In this document: piece after piece, positions 10,383-19,324 of the stretch | How positions within the stretch are numbered: the first letter of the stretch is position 1 | Layout: every line of letters begins with the position of its first letter | Source of the DNA: Gemmatimonadota bacterium | GTDB lineage: Bacteria > Gemmatimonadota > Gemmatimonadetes > Longimicrobiales > Gaopeijiaceae | NCBI GenBank assembly: GCA_039589315.1 | Contig: JBDHHQ010000006.1 | Location: 32,001 to 96,000 of the forward strand | Reading direction: 5' to 3' | Length of the DNA: 64,000 nucleotides | Program-made: the position numbers and the translations under genes | Notes under the pieces: model-generated | Database searches by the model: none | What the model was told of the DNA's origin: nothing | What the model saw: only the letters and a program-made list of their open reading frames with translations

Positions 10383-10409
10383 CGCCTCGAGCATGCGGTG
10401 CTCGAGGCG
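10383..10409. terminator. Hairpin, probable terminator downstream of the hemG-like gene
   Basis: CGCCTCGAGCA-TGCGG-TGCTCGAGGCG, perfect 11-bp stem. Confidence 0.5.
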
Positions 10410-10507
10410 CCTGGTGGAGCCGGCCGGAGGCGATCGGACCGGGGACGACACCGGCCACAGGGGCAGGGGACGACGTCTGGGGAATCGGGGGACGAGGGGC
10501 CTGGCGC

Positions 10508-11113
10508 TCACTCCTCCACGTTCGGACGGACCTCCTCAGTGCCGGCACTGGGCAGCTGGTCCAGGAACTCCCGGACGAAATGGCCGAGTGCCTCCCAGTC
10601 GGTGTACACGTGATCGGTGGACGTGTCGGTGTCCCCGCCGGCGTCCCGGGCGATTCGCCGCATCATCCACCGCAGCACCCGCCCGTACCGGGTGTAGAGC
10701 AACGCCCCGGCCACCGGCTGGACCGCCGTTGGCTGCCAGCCGGTCTCATCCAGGAACTTCTCCACCGTTTCCACGACCGTTCGGGCCGCCTCGGCCCGCT
10801 CTTCGGCCGTTCGGTCCGGGTCCTCGGCCGTGGCTTCGGTGAGACTCACCGAAAGGAACGCGGTGGGTTGGACCGCGAGGGCCTCCCGGTTCGTCTTCAC
10901 GAAATCGACCATGTCGTCCTCGTGTGTGCCTGCATGGACCGAGGCGGCCAGGATCACACCGGAGAAGTCCGCCAACACGATGGCACGATCGACCTGCCGC
11001 ACGTCGAGCAGCGCGGCAGGACGGCCGAGCTCGTTCAGCGTATCGGCCACCTGGTCGGCCACGTGGCGGGTATGTCCCTCCCGGGTCGCATAGGCGATCA
11101 GCACAGGCTTCAT
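10508..11113 (-). CDS. Flavodoxin-domain protein, HemG-like (menaquinone-dependent protoporphyrinogen oxidase family)
   Basis: VLIAYATREGHT, AASVHAGTH, AFLSVSL, AGALLYTRY, YTDW. Confidence 0.85.
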   Translation of the reverse strand: MKPVLIAYATREGHTRHVADQVADTLNELGRPAALLDVRQVDRAIVLADFSGVILAASVHAGTHEDDMVDFVKTNREALAVQPTAFLSVSLTEATAEDPDRTAEERAEAARTVVETVEKFLDETGWQPTAVQPVAGALLYTRYGRVLRWMMRRIARDAGGDTDTSTDHVYTDWEALGHFVREFLDQLPSAGTEEVRPNVEE

Positions 11114-11128
11114 CAGTGCCACCTTTGC

Positions 11129-12142
11129 TCAGCGTGAGCGCACGGCCCGGTCCCGGATGCCCAGGAGCATGGCCCGCTCCATGATGAAATGCACGGGCTC
11201 GAAGGCCAAGAACGTGAACGCAAGCGCAGGCGCGGGAGCCGAGCCCGCCCCAGAGATGCGCACGGTGAGCCGGCTCCGTTCGCTCCCGTCCTCGAGAACC
11301 ACGAACGCCCCCCAGTTCCGCAGAACCACGGCGCGACCGGGCTGCCAGAGCTCCACCCGCCAGCCGGCGCTCTCCCGGAAGCGGCCGCCGAGCCAATTCG
11401 GAGGGGCGGCGGGGACCAGGTCGCCCACCCGCCGTTCCTGCCACGACGGTACGATGCGATCCGCGTTCCGGATGCGGAGGCCGAACAGATTCTCCAGCCA
11501 GTCGTAGCTGTAGAAGCCGCCGCGATCCTGTCCCATCTGCGCCAGCCACGGCCAGACGGCTTCCGGCGGTGCATCGATGCCTACGGTGTGCTGGATCAGG
11601 TAGTCGTGCGGAGAAGGGTCGTCGCCCGGCAGGGCCAGACGCAGCTCGTGGGGATGCGTTCCCCAGCGCATGTGCCAGGGCCGAGCCGCGATCAGAACCG
11701 CCAGCACGAGGAGCGCGAGTCCGGCGGCCCAGCCGCCGATCCGCTGTCGCCGCCCCGGGCCAACCGGTACCGTGGCATCGGCTTGATCGACGTGTCGCCA
11801 GGCTCGTGCGGCCACACCCACGACCCCCACGTTGAGCAACAGTCCGATCCAGGAGTCCGGCTGCCAGGCCAGGAAGATCATGACCGTGGAGGCCACCGAG
11901 CCTCCTGCCGCCAGGTGCCGCCAGCGCGTCCGCAGTGGCCTGGCGCCGAGCAGGCCCAGTCCCCCCGCGGTGAGGCCCAGCGCGGCGATCGACCACAGCG
12001 CGGTGCCGAGGGTCGCCGTCAGGGCGATGGGTAGCCCGAACAGGGCTTCCCGGTGGGGGCCGGGAAGGCGCGTGACCGCCGACCCCGGTCCGGCCTGGGC
12101 GAGGCCGTGGAGAAGTAGGATGGCACCGATGGCCCGTCGCAT
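11129..12142 (-). CDS. Membrane protein with C-terminal SRPBCC-like domain
   Basis: N-terminal TM helices, then IDAPPEAVWPWLAQMGQDRGGFYSYDWLENL...FIMERAMLLGI. Start reassigned to ATG 12142. Confidence 0.8.
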   Translation of the reverse strand: MRRAIGAILLLHGLAQAGPGSAVTRLPGPHREALFGLPIALTATLGTALWSIAALGLTAGGLGLLGARPLRTRWRHLAAGGSVASTVMIFLAWQPDSWIGLLLNVGVVGVAARAWRHVDQADATVPVGPGRRQRIGGWAAGLALLVLAVLIAARPWHMRWGTHPHELRLALPGDDPSPHDYLIQHTVGIDAPPEAVWPWLAQMGQDRGGFYSYDWLENLFGLRIRNADRIVPSWQERRVGDLVPAAPPNWLGGRFRESAGWRVELWQPGRAVVLRNWGAFVVLEDGSERSRLTVRISGAGSAPAPALAFTFLAFEPVHFIMERAMLLGIRDRAVRSR

Positions 12143-12358
12143 TCGACCCCACTCGTTGTCCAGTGTCTGCGGCGACCCTTCTACGATGGGATGTGGGGGC
12201 TCGCGGTGTCTGTGGGGCGCCTCCCGCCGGGGTTGTGGGGCTGCCTCTGGTGTGCGCTCGCCCGGCCCCACATCGTGGTGAACCTGGGCCGCCGCTCCCG
12301 TCTGGGGCGGCGCGTCCGCCGTCGCGTCGTCGATTCGGGGCCACAGCCGCCGGAGTCC

Positions 12359-13300
12359 ATGCCAAAAAAGCCGATCTCCACCGGACGGGTCGTCGTCGTG
12401 TCGTTCGTCGTCGACCTCCTGGATATCGTCACCAACCTGATCGTGGCGGTGCTCACCGGCAGCGCGGTGGTCTTCGCGGAGATGGCCCAGGGCATGGCGG
12501 ACTCCATCGGCTCGTTCCTTCTCGTGATCGGATATCGCCGGTCTCGCCGCCCCCGGGACGAGGCGCACCCGCTGGGCTACGCCCGGGAAGTGTTCTTCTG
12601 GGCGCTGCTCTCGTCGATGATCATGCTGTTCCTGGGGAGCGGGCTTTCGCTCTTTCGTGGCTTCCAGCAGCTGACCCGGGCTCAGCCCCTCGACCGCCCC
12701 CTGTTGGCGCTGGCCGTCATGGTGCTTTCAGTGATGACCAACGGGTACGCGCTGAGTCAGAGCGTGCGGAAGCTGCGTCCCGAGGGGAGCTCGCTGGTGG
12801 AGGCGTTCCGCAGCTCGAGCCGTCAGCTCGTCAAGACGGCGCTGCTCCGCGACGTGCTCGGGACGCTCTCTGCGGTGGTGGGACTGATCGCCCTGGGCTT
12901 GTACATGGTGGTGGGGTCGGTGGTCTTCGACGCCATCGGCGCCATGCTCATCGGGGCGCTCATGTGCGCCTTCGCCGTGTTGCTCATCGCCGAAGCTCGG
13001 AGCTACATCGCCGGCCAGGCCGTGCCGAACCACGTCCGCAGGCAGATCCTGAATGCAGCCCTGTCCGTAGACGGTGTCGAGGCGGTCAACGAGCTCGCCG
13101 CCGTCGTGGCCGGGAGCGAGGAGATCGACGTGGAGCTGGACCTGGACCTCGTCGACCGGTTGACGACTCCACAGGTGGAGGCGGTCCTGGACGCCGTGGA
13201 GGGGGAGATCCGGCGCCGGGTTCCCAACGTGCGCACGGTGCGCGTTGACCTGAACCCCGCCCGCCCGCCGAGATTGGGCCGGGGCGCGGCCGGAGAGTGA
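12359..13300 (+). CDS. Cation diffusion facilitator (CDF) family transporter
   Basis: TGSAVVFAE...AD, HPLGYARE, 6 TM segments, C-terminal dimerisation domain; GGAG RBS before ATG 12359. Confidence 0.85.
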   Translation: MPKKPISTGRVVVVSFVVDLLDIVTNLIVAVLTGSAVVFAEMAQGMADSIGSFLLVIGYRRSRRPRDEAHPLGYAREVFFWALLSSMIMLFLGSGLSLFRGFQQLTRAQPLDRPLLALAVMVLSVMTNGYALSQSVRKLRPEGSSLVEAFRSSSRQLVKTALLRDVLGTLSAVVGLIALGLYMVVGSVVFDAIGAMLIGALMCAFAVLLIAEARSYIAGQAVPNHVRRQILNAALSVDGVEAVNELAAVVAGSEEIDVELDLDLVDRLTTPQVEAVLDAVEGEIRRRVPNVRTVRVDLNPARPPRLGRGAAGE

Positions 13301-13401
13301 TCCCCGGGCCCACAGCCAGCGGCGGCTTCGCTCACGTTCGTGCCGCTGCGTTCTCGGCTCCCGCTCTCGTCTCCGGTCCCCAGGGTCGGAGCCGTCGACC
13401 G

Positions 13402-14745
13402 TCAGTCCGTGGCGTCCCTCCGGGTGAGCCGATGCAGCAGCACCGCCGCCCGCTTCGTCTGGGACGCGAGGCTCGGCAGGTGTGCCGTCTCCTGCGGTGA
13501 GTGGTCGTTGGCTCCCATCATGCCGACGCCGTCCAGGGCCATGTCCACCAGCCCCGCGGTAAACGAGACATCGGCGGCGCCAGCGTTCCTGGGGTTGACG
13601 GCCTCGACGGGACCGAGGCCCAGGTCCCGGCTTACCTGGTCGTAGATCGCCAGCAGGCGGTAGTTGCCCTCGCTGGGCGCCAGTGGGGGATAGCCGTCCC
13701 GGAATGCGATGCGGGCCTCGGTGCGGGGCAGATGCTCCGCCACGATCTCCCGCATCAGGGCCTTCGCGTCCTCTCGCTGCCGGATGGAGATGGCACGCAG
13801 GTCGCCGGTCACGATCGCCGTTTGCGCCGTGACGTTGGTCTTGCCGAAGGCGCTTCCCCGGGCCAGCTCGCCGTCGAAATCGACGTCCGTGCCTCCCAGG
13901 ATCACTCCCGGGTTGAAGGTCAGGTCGGGCATGGACGCCAACCGATCGTGGAAGCCGGTCAGGATGCGGGAGGCCTCGTAGATGGCCCCCGACCCCACCT
14001 CGGGCTGGAAGAGCTGGGAGGAGTGGGCCCGGAACCCGGAGACCTCGAGTCGCCAGCTCGTGGATCCGCGGCGCGCCACCACGGCTGTCCTCGGGTTCCC
14101 GTCGCCGTTTTCGAAGGCCACGGCGATGTCCGCCTCGCGGGCGGCGTCGACCAACGCCTCTCGGGCGAGATCGAGCGGGCTACCTGCCTTCTCCTCGTCT
14201 CCCGTCATGATCACGGTGATGCTCATGTCGTCGAGAAGGCCCGCCCTCTCCAGCGCACGGAGCGCGAATAGCAGGATGACGTCACCACCCTTCATGTCGG
14301 CGGCGCCGGGTCCCCGGGCCGTGGTGTCATCCACCGCCTCCCACTGCTGGAAGGGACTGTCGGGCTCGAAGACGGTATCGAGGTGTCCGATGAGCAGGAG
14401 CCGCGGCCCCTGCCCGGAGCGCCGCGCGACCAGGTGACCGGCGCGTTGGAACGGGGTGCCGTCCACCCAGTCGGTCTGGAACCCCAGAGCCGCCAACTCT
14501 TCCTGGAACACAGCCCCGACGTCGCGGACGCCTTCCAGGTTCATGGTGCCGCTGTTGATGTTCACTACCCGCTCCAGGAGCGCCATCGCGTCCGCGTTCC
14601 CCTGCTCGACGTGCTCCACCACCGCGAGCTCCGCCGGTGACAGGCCCGCAGGCGCGTCAGCTACGGCGTCCTGTGCATGCGCCGTCCCGGAGGCGGGGAG
14701 GCCGAGCGCGACGGTGAGGCCGAAGGCGGTGAATAGCCGACGCAT
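13402..14745 (-). CDS. M20 family metallo-hydrolase (glutamate carboxypeptidase-like), exported
   Basis: GHLDTVF, GPGAADMKGG, GDEE, AHSS, C-terminal His; signal peptide. Confidence 0.9.
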   Translation of the reverse strand: MRRLFTAFGLTVALGLPASGTAHAQDAVADAPAGLSPAELAVVEHVEQGNADAMALLERVVNINSGTMNLEGVRDVGAVFQEELAALGFQTDWVDGTPFQRAGHLVARRSGQGPRLLLIGHLDTVFEPDSPFQQWEAVDDTTARGPGAADMKGGDVILLFALRALERAGLLDDMSITVIMTGDEEKAGSPLDLAREALVDAAREADIAVAFENGDGNPRTAVVARRGSTSWRLEVSGFRAHSSQLFQPEVGSGAIYEASRILTGFHDRLASMPDLTFNPGVILGGTDVDFDGELARGSAFGKTNVTAQTAIVTGDLRAISIRQREDAKALMREIVAEHLPRTEARIAFRDGYPPLAPSEGNYRLLAIYDQVSRDLGLGPVEAVNPRNAGAADVSFTAGLVDMALDGVGMMGANDHSPQETAHLPSLASQTKRAAVLLHRLTRRDATD

Positions 14746-14843
14746 GAGATACCTGTGAGCCGGGGTGGATTGAACGGAATGCGATTCACGTTCGAGTGAA
14801 CCGGAGGGCAGGGCAAGGGGGAGGCCCGTGACCGAACGACGAA

Positions 14844-14871
14844 GGGCGGGCCGCCAGGTGGCGGCCCGCCC
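14844..14871 (-). terminator. Intrinsic terminator after the VOC gene
   Basis: GGGCGGGCCGCC-AGGT-GGCGGCCCGCCC, 12-bp stem; followed by TTCGTCGTT on the minus strand. Confidence 0.7.
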
Positions 14872-14913
14872 CGGCGTCGGGCGACGCTTCCGGCCGACCG
14901 GGCCGGCCCGCGC

Positions 14914-15699
14914 TCAGGCCTGTGCTGCTTTGAACACCGTGAACGTAGCGCCCTGGTCGTCGGCGATGACGGCAAAACGGCCGACCCCGGTGTCCGTCGG
15001 CGGAACCGCGACCGTGCCGCCGAGCTCCTGGGCCTTGTCCGCCGTCGCGTCCACGTCGTCCACGGCGAAGTAGACCGCCCAGTGGGGCGGGACCTGGCCG
15101 GGCCAGCTCGGGTCGATGGCCATGATGCCGCCGTTGGGCCGGTCTCCGGCGGTGATCAGGTTGTAGGGTTCGGGGCCGCCCATGTCCTGCGCGTCGACTC
15201 CCCACCCGAGCAGCCTGGAGTAGAACTCGATGGCTTCGGGAACAGCCCGGGTGTAGAGCTCGTTCCAGGTCAGGGCTCCCGGCTCGTTGAAGATCTCGGC
15301 TCCGGCGTGGGTGCCAGCCTGCCAAAGGCACAAGTGTGCCCCGGTGGGATCCTGAATGACCGACATGCGGCCCGAGTCCATGACGTCGAAGGGCCCCATG
15401 ACCACCGTGCCCCCGAGGCCCTCTACCCGGCCCGTCACGTCGTCGACGTCGTCGACGAGCACGTAGGACCACCATGCCGGCGGCACGCCCTGCTCCCGCT
15501 GCTCGGGGGCCAGGGTGGACAGGCCCGCCACCTGCTTGCCGTCCTTCGTGAAGAGGGTGTAGGTCCCCCCCCCTTCGACGGGCACGTCGTCGTAGCCCCA
15601 AGCGAAGAGTCGCGAGTAAAACGCCTTACCGGCGTCCTGATCCGGCACCGCCGCGTCGGTCCAGGAAAAGAGACCGTGCTTCAACTCGACCTCGCTCAT
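14914..15699 (-). CDS. Two-domain VOC (glyoxalase/bleomycin-resistance family) protein
   Basis: GLFSW.D...AFYSRLFAW, DPTGA.L.LWQ, GALTWNEL, W.VYFAVDDVD, D.QGA.F; strong GAGGAGG RBS before ATG 15699. Confidence 0.9.
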   Translation of the reverse strand: MSEVELKHGLFSWTDAAVPDQDAGKAFYSRLFAWGYDDVPVEGGGTYTLFTKDGKQVAGLSTLAPEQREQGVPPAWWSYVLVDDVDDVTGRVEGLGGTVVMGPFDVMDSGRMSVIQDPTGAHLCLWQAGTHAGAEIFNEPGALTWNELYTRAVPEAIEFYSRLLGWGVDAQDMGGPEPYNLITAGDRPNGGIMAIDPSWPGQVPPHWAVYFAVDDVDATADKAQELGGTVAVPPTDTGVGRFAVIADDQGATFTVFKAAQA

Positions 15700-15792
15700 C
15701 GTCCTCCTCCTCAGTCCAGGGTCTTCGTCCACCGGGGACGTTACCGAACGGCGCCGGCGGTGGCGCGGCGCCGCGCTGCCCCCCGGGCAGCG

Positions 15793-15814
15793 AAACCGAA
15801 CATAAACCGAACAT
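15793..15814. promoter_or_regulatory. Perfect 11-bp direct repeat containing GAAC-N7-GAAC (candidate LexA-type box)
   Basis: AAACCGAACAT AAACCGAACAT in the divergent VOC/deacetylase intergenic region. Confidence 0.55.
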
Positions 15815-15880
15815 TGGTGCGCCGCCACCTGGTAGGTCAAGTTGACGAGTCACCCGGGCACCGCGTCAAGGAGCAGAGCC

Positions 15881-16879
15881 ATGGAGCAGTCGATTCGTTA
15901 CGCCATCGTGTTGACGTCAGCCGGTCTGGTGGCCTGGGCCACGGGGTGCCGTGCCCCCGCTCCGCCCTCGGCAGGTGCACAGGACGCCGAGGTGCGGGCC
16001 GGCTGGGAGTGGTCGGACCGAGAGGTGTTCGAAACCGTGAATCAGGTCCGCGCCGGCCGCAGCCTCCAGCCCGAGTCCTGGCCCGGCGGCGCCCGCGTGG
16101 CGGTGCTGCTCTCCTTCGATGTGGACAACGAGACGATCCCGCTGCGCTATGGCGAGCCGACCATCGGGGGTCTGTCGCAGGGCGAGTACGGCGCCCGGGC
16201 CGCCCTCCCGCGGGTCGTCGACCTCCTGGACGAGCGGGGAATCCCGGCCTCGTTCTTCATCCCCGCCATGAGCCTCTGGCTGAACCCTGGGATGGCGGAC
16301 GTGATCCAGCGCGCGGGCCACCACGAGTTCGCCGTCCACGGGTGGATCCACGAGCGTAACTCCGATCTCGCGGAGGACACGGAACGGGCCCTCCTGACCC
16401 GAGCCGTGGACTCCCTCACTGCGTGGACGGGGAGTCGCCCCGTAGGCTACCGGGCCCCCTCGTGGAACTTCAGCCCCTGGACGCTGGGGCTGATTCGGGA
16501 GCTCGGCTTCCTCTACGACAGCTCGCTCATGGCCGACGATCGCCCGTACGAGATCATGGCGAACGGCGAACCCACCGGCGTCGTCGAGCTCCCGGTGGAG
16601 TGGATTCTGGACGACGCCCCCCTGATGAATCCCCTGGGGGATCGGTACAGCTCGCCCAGGGAGGTGCTCGAGGTCTACAAGGACGAGTTCGACGTGGCGT
16701 ACGACGAGGGCACGATGTTCCTCTTGACCATGCACCCCCACTACATCGGACACCGCTCGCGGATCGTGATTCTCGATGAGCTCATCGATCACATCGTCGC
16801 GAAGGGCGAGGTATGGTGGGCCACCCACAGACAGGCGGCCGAATACGTGGCGCAGCAGGCGGGAATGACTGTCCAATAG
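15881..16879 (+). CDS. Polysaccharide deacetylase (CE4/NodB family), lipoprotein
   Basis: LSFDVD, H.FAVHGWIHE, GYRAP, FLYDSS, LTMHP; AAGGAG RBS. Confidence 0.9.
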   Translation: MEQSIRYAIVLTSAGLVAWATGCRAPAPPSAGAQDAEVRAGWEWSDREVFETVNQVRAGRSLQPESWPGGARVAVLLSFDVDNETIPLRYGEPTIGGLSQGEYGARAALPRVVDLLDERGIPASFFIPAMSLWLNPGMADVIQRAGHHEFAVHGWIHERNSDLAEDTERALLTRAVDSLTAWTGSRPVGYRAPSWNFSPWTLGLIRELGFLYDSSLMADDRPYEIMANGEPTGVVELPVEWILDDAPLMNPLGDRYSSPREVLEVYKDEFDVAYDEGTMFLLTMHPHYIGHRSRIVILDELIDHIVAKGEVWWATHRQAAEYVAQQAGMTVQ

Positions 16880-17003
16880 GGCTGGTGCAGGCCTGTTCGA
16901 GGGCCCGCCGGGCAAGGTCCCGGGGCTGCGGACGCCCCATGGGCAAGTAGCGGTCGCTCCGCTACATTCCGGCTCCTTTTGTTTTGCTTCATCGGAGAGG
17001 AAG

Positions 17004-17708
17004 ATGCGAATTGTAAGAAGTCTTGCCGCCGCCACGGCAATTGCCGTCACCGCCGGATGCCAGCCCGGTGACTCCGTCGGTACGGCGTCTCTCGACACGG
17101 ACGACCAGAAGGCCAGCTATGCCATCGGCGTACAGGTCGGCAACAACCTCAAGCCGACCGGGGACCACCTCGACGAAGCCGCCTTCGTCAGGGGAATGAG
17201 GGATGCACTCGCAGAGGCCGAGCTGGCCCTCCCCGACGATTCGCTCCGGGCCGCTTCGCAGCGGCTCCAAGCCATCGTCCAGGAGGAGCAGTCCAAGGAG
17301 CGCGAGGTGGCCGCCGAGCGGAACAAGGCCGAAGGAGACGCCTACCTCGCCGAGAACGGCGCGCGAGATGGCGTGGAATCCACCGAGAGCGGTCTCCAGT
17401 ACGAGGTGATTCGGGAAGCCGAGGGGCCGACGCCCGGACCCACGGATCAGGTGACGATCCATTACACCGGGACGCTCATCGACGGGACCCAGTTCGACAG
17501 CTCCTACGACCGTGATGAGCCGGCGACTTTCGGGGTGACCGGCGTCATCCCCGGCTTCTCGGAGGGCCTGCAGCTCATGGAGGTCGGGAGTCAGTACCGG
17601 TTCGTGATTCCAGGGGCGCTCGGGTACGGCGAAGGCGGGGCGGGTGGGGACATCGGTCCCAACGCGACCCTCATCTTCGAGGTAGAGCTTCTGGAGATCG
17701 CCCAGTAG
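17004..17708 (+). CDS. FKBP-type peptidyl-prolyl cis-trans isomerase (FkpA/Mip-like lipoprotein)
   Basis: ASYAIG, SGLQYEV, HYTGTLIDGTQFDSS, VIPGFSEGL, IGPNATLIFEVELL. Confidence 0.95.
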   Translation: MRIVRSLAAATAIAVTAGCQPGDSVGTASLDTDDQKASYAIGVQVGNNLKPTGDHLDEAAFVRGMRDALAEAELALPDDSLRAASQRLQAIVQEEQSKEREVAAERNKAEGDAYLAENGARDGVESTESGLQYEVIREAEGPTPGPTDQVTIHYTGTLIDGTQFDSSYDRDEPATFGVTGVIPGFSEGLQLMEVGSQYRFVIPGALGYGEGGAGGDIGPNATLIFEVELLEIAQ

Positions 17709-17726
17709 CGACCGCTCCACAGAGCG

Positions 17727-17768
17727 CACGACGCCCCGGCCCCAGCGAGAGGGGACCGGGGCGTCGTG
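17727..17768 (+). terminator. Hairpin terminator after the FKBP gene
   Basis: CACGACGCCCCGG...CCGGGGCGTCGTG, 13-bp stem plus inner CCCC/GGGG. Confidence 0.7.
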
Positions 17769-17994
17769 ATGCCCGCGCTCGATCGCACGACCCGTCCAAC
17801 AGGACGAAATCCTTCCATCCCGGCTGGCGCCACCATATCTTGGAGATGCCCATGAGCGCTCTGCGCCTGGCAAGCTCCGGCGCGTGGGACACCAACCCGA
17901 CGAGCGCAACCCGCACCGAGTAGGGCCGGTGGGCTGTCTGCAATTCCGCAGACGGTCCGTTCTCTCTGTATATCCCCCATAGGGAGAGAGCCCT

Positions 17995-18531
17995 ATGCAC
18001 AGGCTCGACTACATCGGCATCCTCGCAATCCTCTTGCTGCTCGGTCTTCGGGAGTCCACCGACCTTCACACCCAGATTCCCGACTCGAACCCCTTCACGG
18101 CGGCGGACGCCGAAGAAGGGGCCGCGCCGTGGGACGACGGCGTCCTGACGTTGGACCTGATCGCACGCGATGGCGCGTGGCTCGTTCGTGAGGAAGGTGG
18201 GGAGCCTGCGGTGAAGGCCTGGGACGTGGGTCCGGGCTCCCCGGACGACGACCCGATCACCCGGGTACCGCAGGGCGCGTTGGTGCTGACCAGGATTCGG
18301 AACGCCACCTCCCGGCCCCTGGAGGTCAGGGGTCCGTGGTCCCAGGGAGGGATGCCCCTCGAGCGGCTGGAGATTCCCCCCCAAAACGAAGGCACGGCGT
18401 GGTTCGCGGCCGAAGACCGAGGCCGGTTCGAGTACCGGGCCGTCCACTTGGGTGAGGCCCATGTCGACCGGGAGCCCAGGAGCTTCAACGGCGCGTTCGT
18501 GGTCGTGCCTGAAATCCGGCCGCCCCGTTGA
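17995..18531 (+). CDS. Exported single cupredoxin-like domain protein (resembles a multicopper oxidase first domain)
   Basis: DGVLTLDL.AR.G.W, P.TRVPQG...RIRN, G.F.YRA, SFNGAFVV; the canonical HxH copper ligands are absent. Confidence 0.55.
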   Translation: MHRLDYIGILAILLLLGLRESTDLHTQIPDSNPFTAADAEEGAAPWDDGVLTLDLIARDGAWLVREEGGEPAVKAWDVGPGSPDDDPITRVPQGALVLTRIRNATSRPLEVRGPWSQGGMPLERLEIPPQNEGTAWFAAEDRGRFEYRAVHLGEAHVDREPRSFNGAFVVVPEIRPPR

Positions 18532-18652
18532 GGGCGGTCCCCGCCGTTGGGTCGGCCGAAGCTCGCCCCAGCGGAGGCGTCCAGGCTAGACTACAGCCGA
18601 CTCCCTGGAGACGTACCCGGACCCCCGAGGCTCGGGCGCCACTTCCGTCGAG

Positions 18653-19243
18653 GTGGCGCCAGCGTGCTTCGCGACCACAACGGAGGGCCAGACCGTGCAC
18701 ACAAGTAGGCGAGGGTCCAACCGAGAAGGGTCCGGCTGGCTCCGGCCCGACAGGCTCGGTCCTGTTTGGCTCCTGACCTCCATCGTCCTGGGCGCCGCGC
18801 CCGCGGGCGCCCAGGCGCCCTCTCCCGGCGTGCGAGACCTGAGCTTCATGGCCGGCTGCTGGGAGGGAGGCTTCGTCGCGCGGGACGGCACCGAGGGGAT
18901 CATCGAGGAGCACTACACCGCTCCGAGCGACGACCTCATGCTTGGCACGACCCGGTACCTGCTGGATGGCAAGGCCGTGCAGTTCGAGCTGACCTCGATC
19001 CGGGACGTGGACGGCGAGGTGTCGCTCCTTCCGTACCCGGGCGGCAGCGCGTCGCCGGACACCTTTCGACTGACTCGAGTCGAGGACGGTGCTGCGGTCT
19101 TCGAGGCCCCCGAGCACGACTTTCCCAGGCGGATCATCTACCGCCGAGCGGACGGTGACCGACTCGAGGCTCGCATCGACGACGGGACGGACGACGGCCA
19201 GGCTCGAGAGTGGCGGCTTCGACGGGTGGCGTGCCCGCGGTAG
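18653..19243 (+). CDS. DUF6265-like exported protein
   Basis: LSFMAGCW, IEEHYT, MLG, AVFEAPEHDFPRRIIYRR; start uncertain. Confidence 0.75.
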   Translation: MAPACFATTTEGQTVHTSRRGSNREGSGWLRPDRLGPVWLLTSIVLGAAPAGAQAPSPGVRDLSFMAGCWEGGFVARDGTEGIIEEHYTAPSDDLMLGTTRYLLDGKAVQFELTSIRDVDGEVSLLPYPGGSASPDTFRLTRVEDGAAVFEAPEHDFPRRIIYRRADGDRLEARIDDGTDDGQAREWRLRRVACPR

Positions 19244-19324
19244 GGTTGGGTCGCCCCACGCTCGGACACTATGTTCAAGGGCCGCCCGCAGGGGCGGCCC
19301 CGTGCTGTCTTACCCTGGAGTCGA

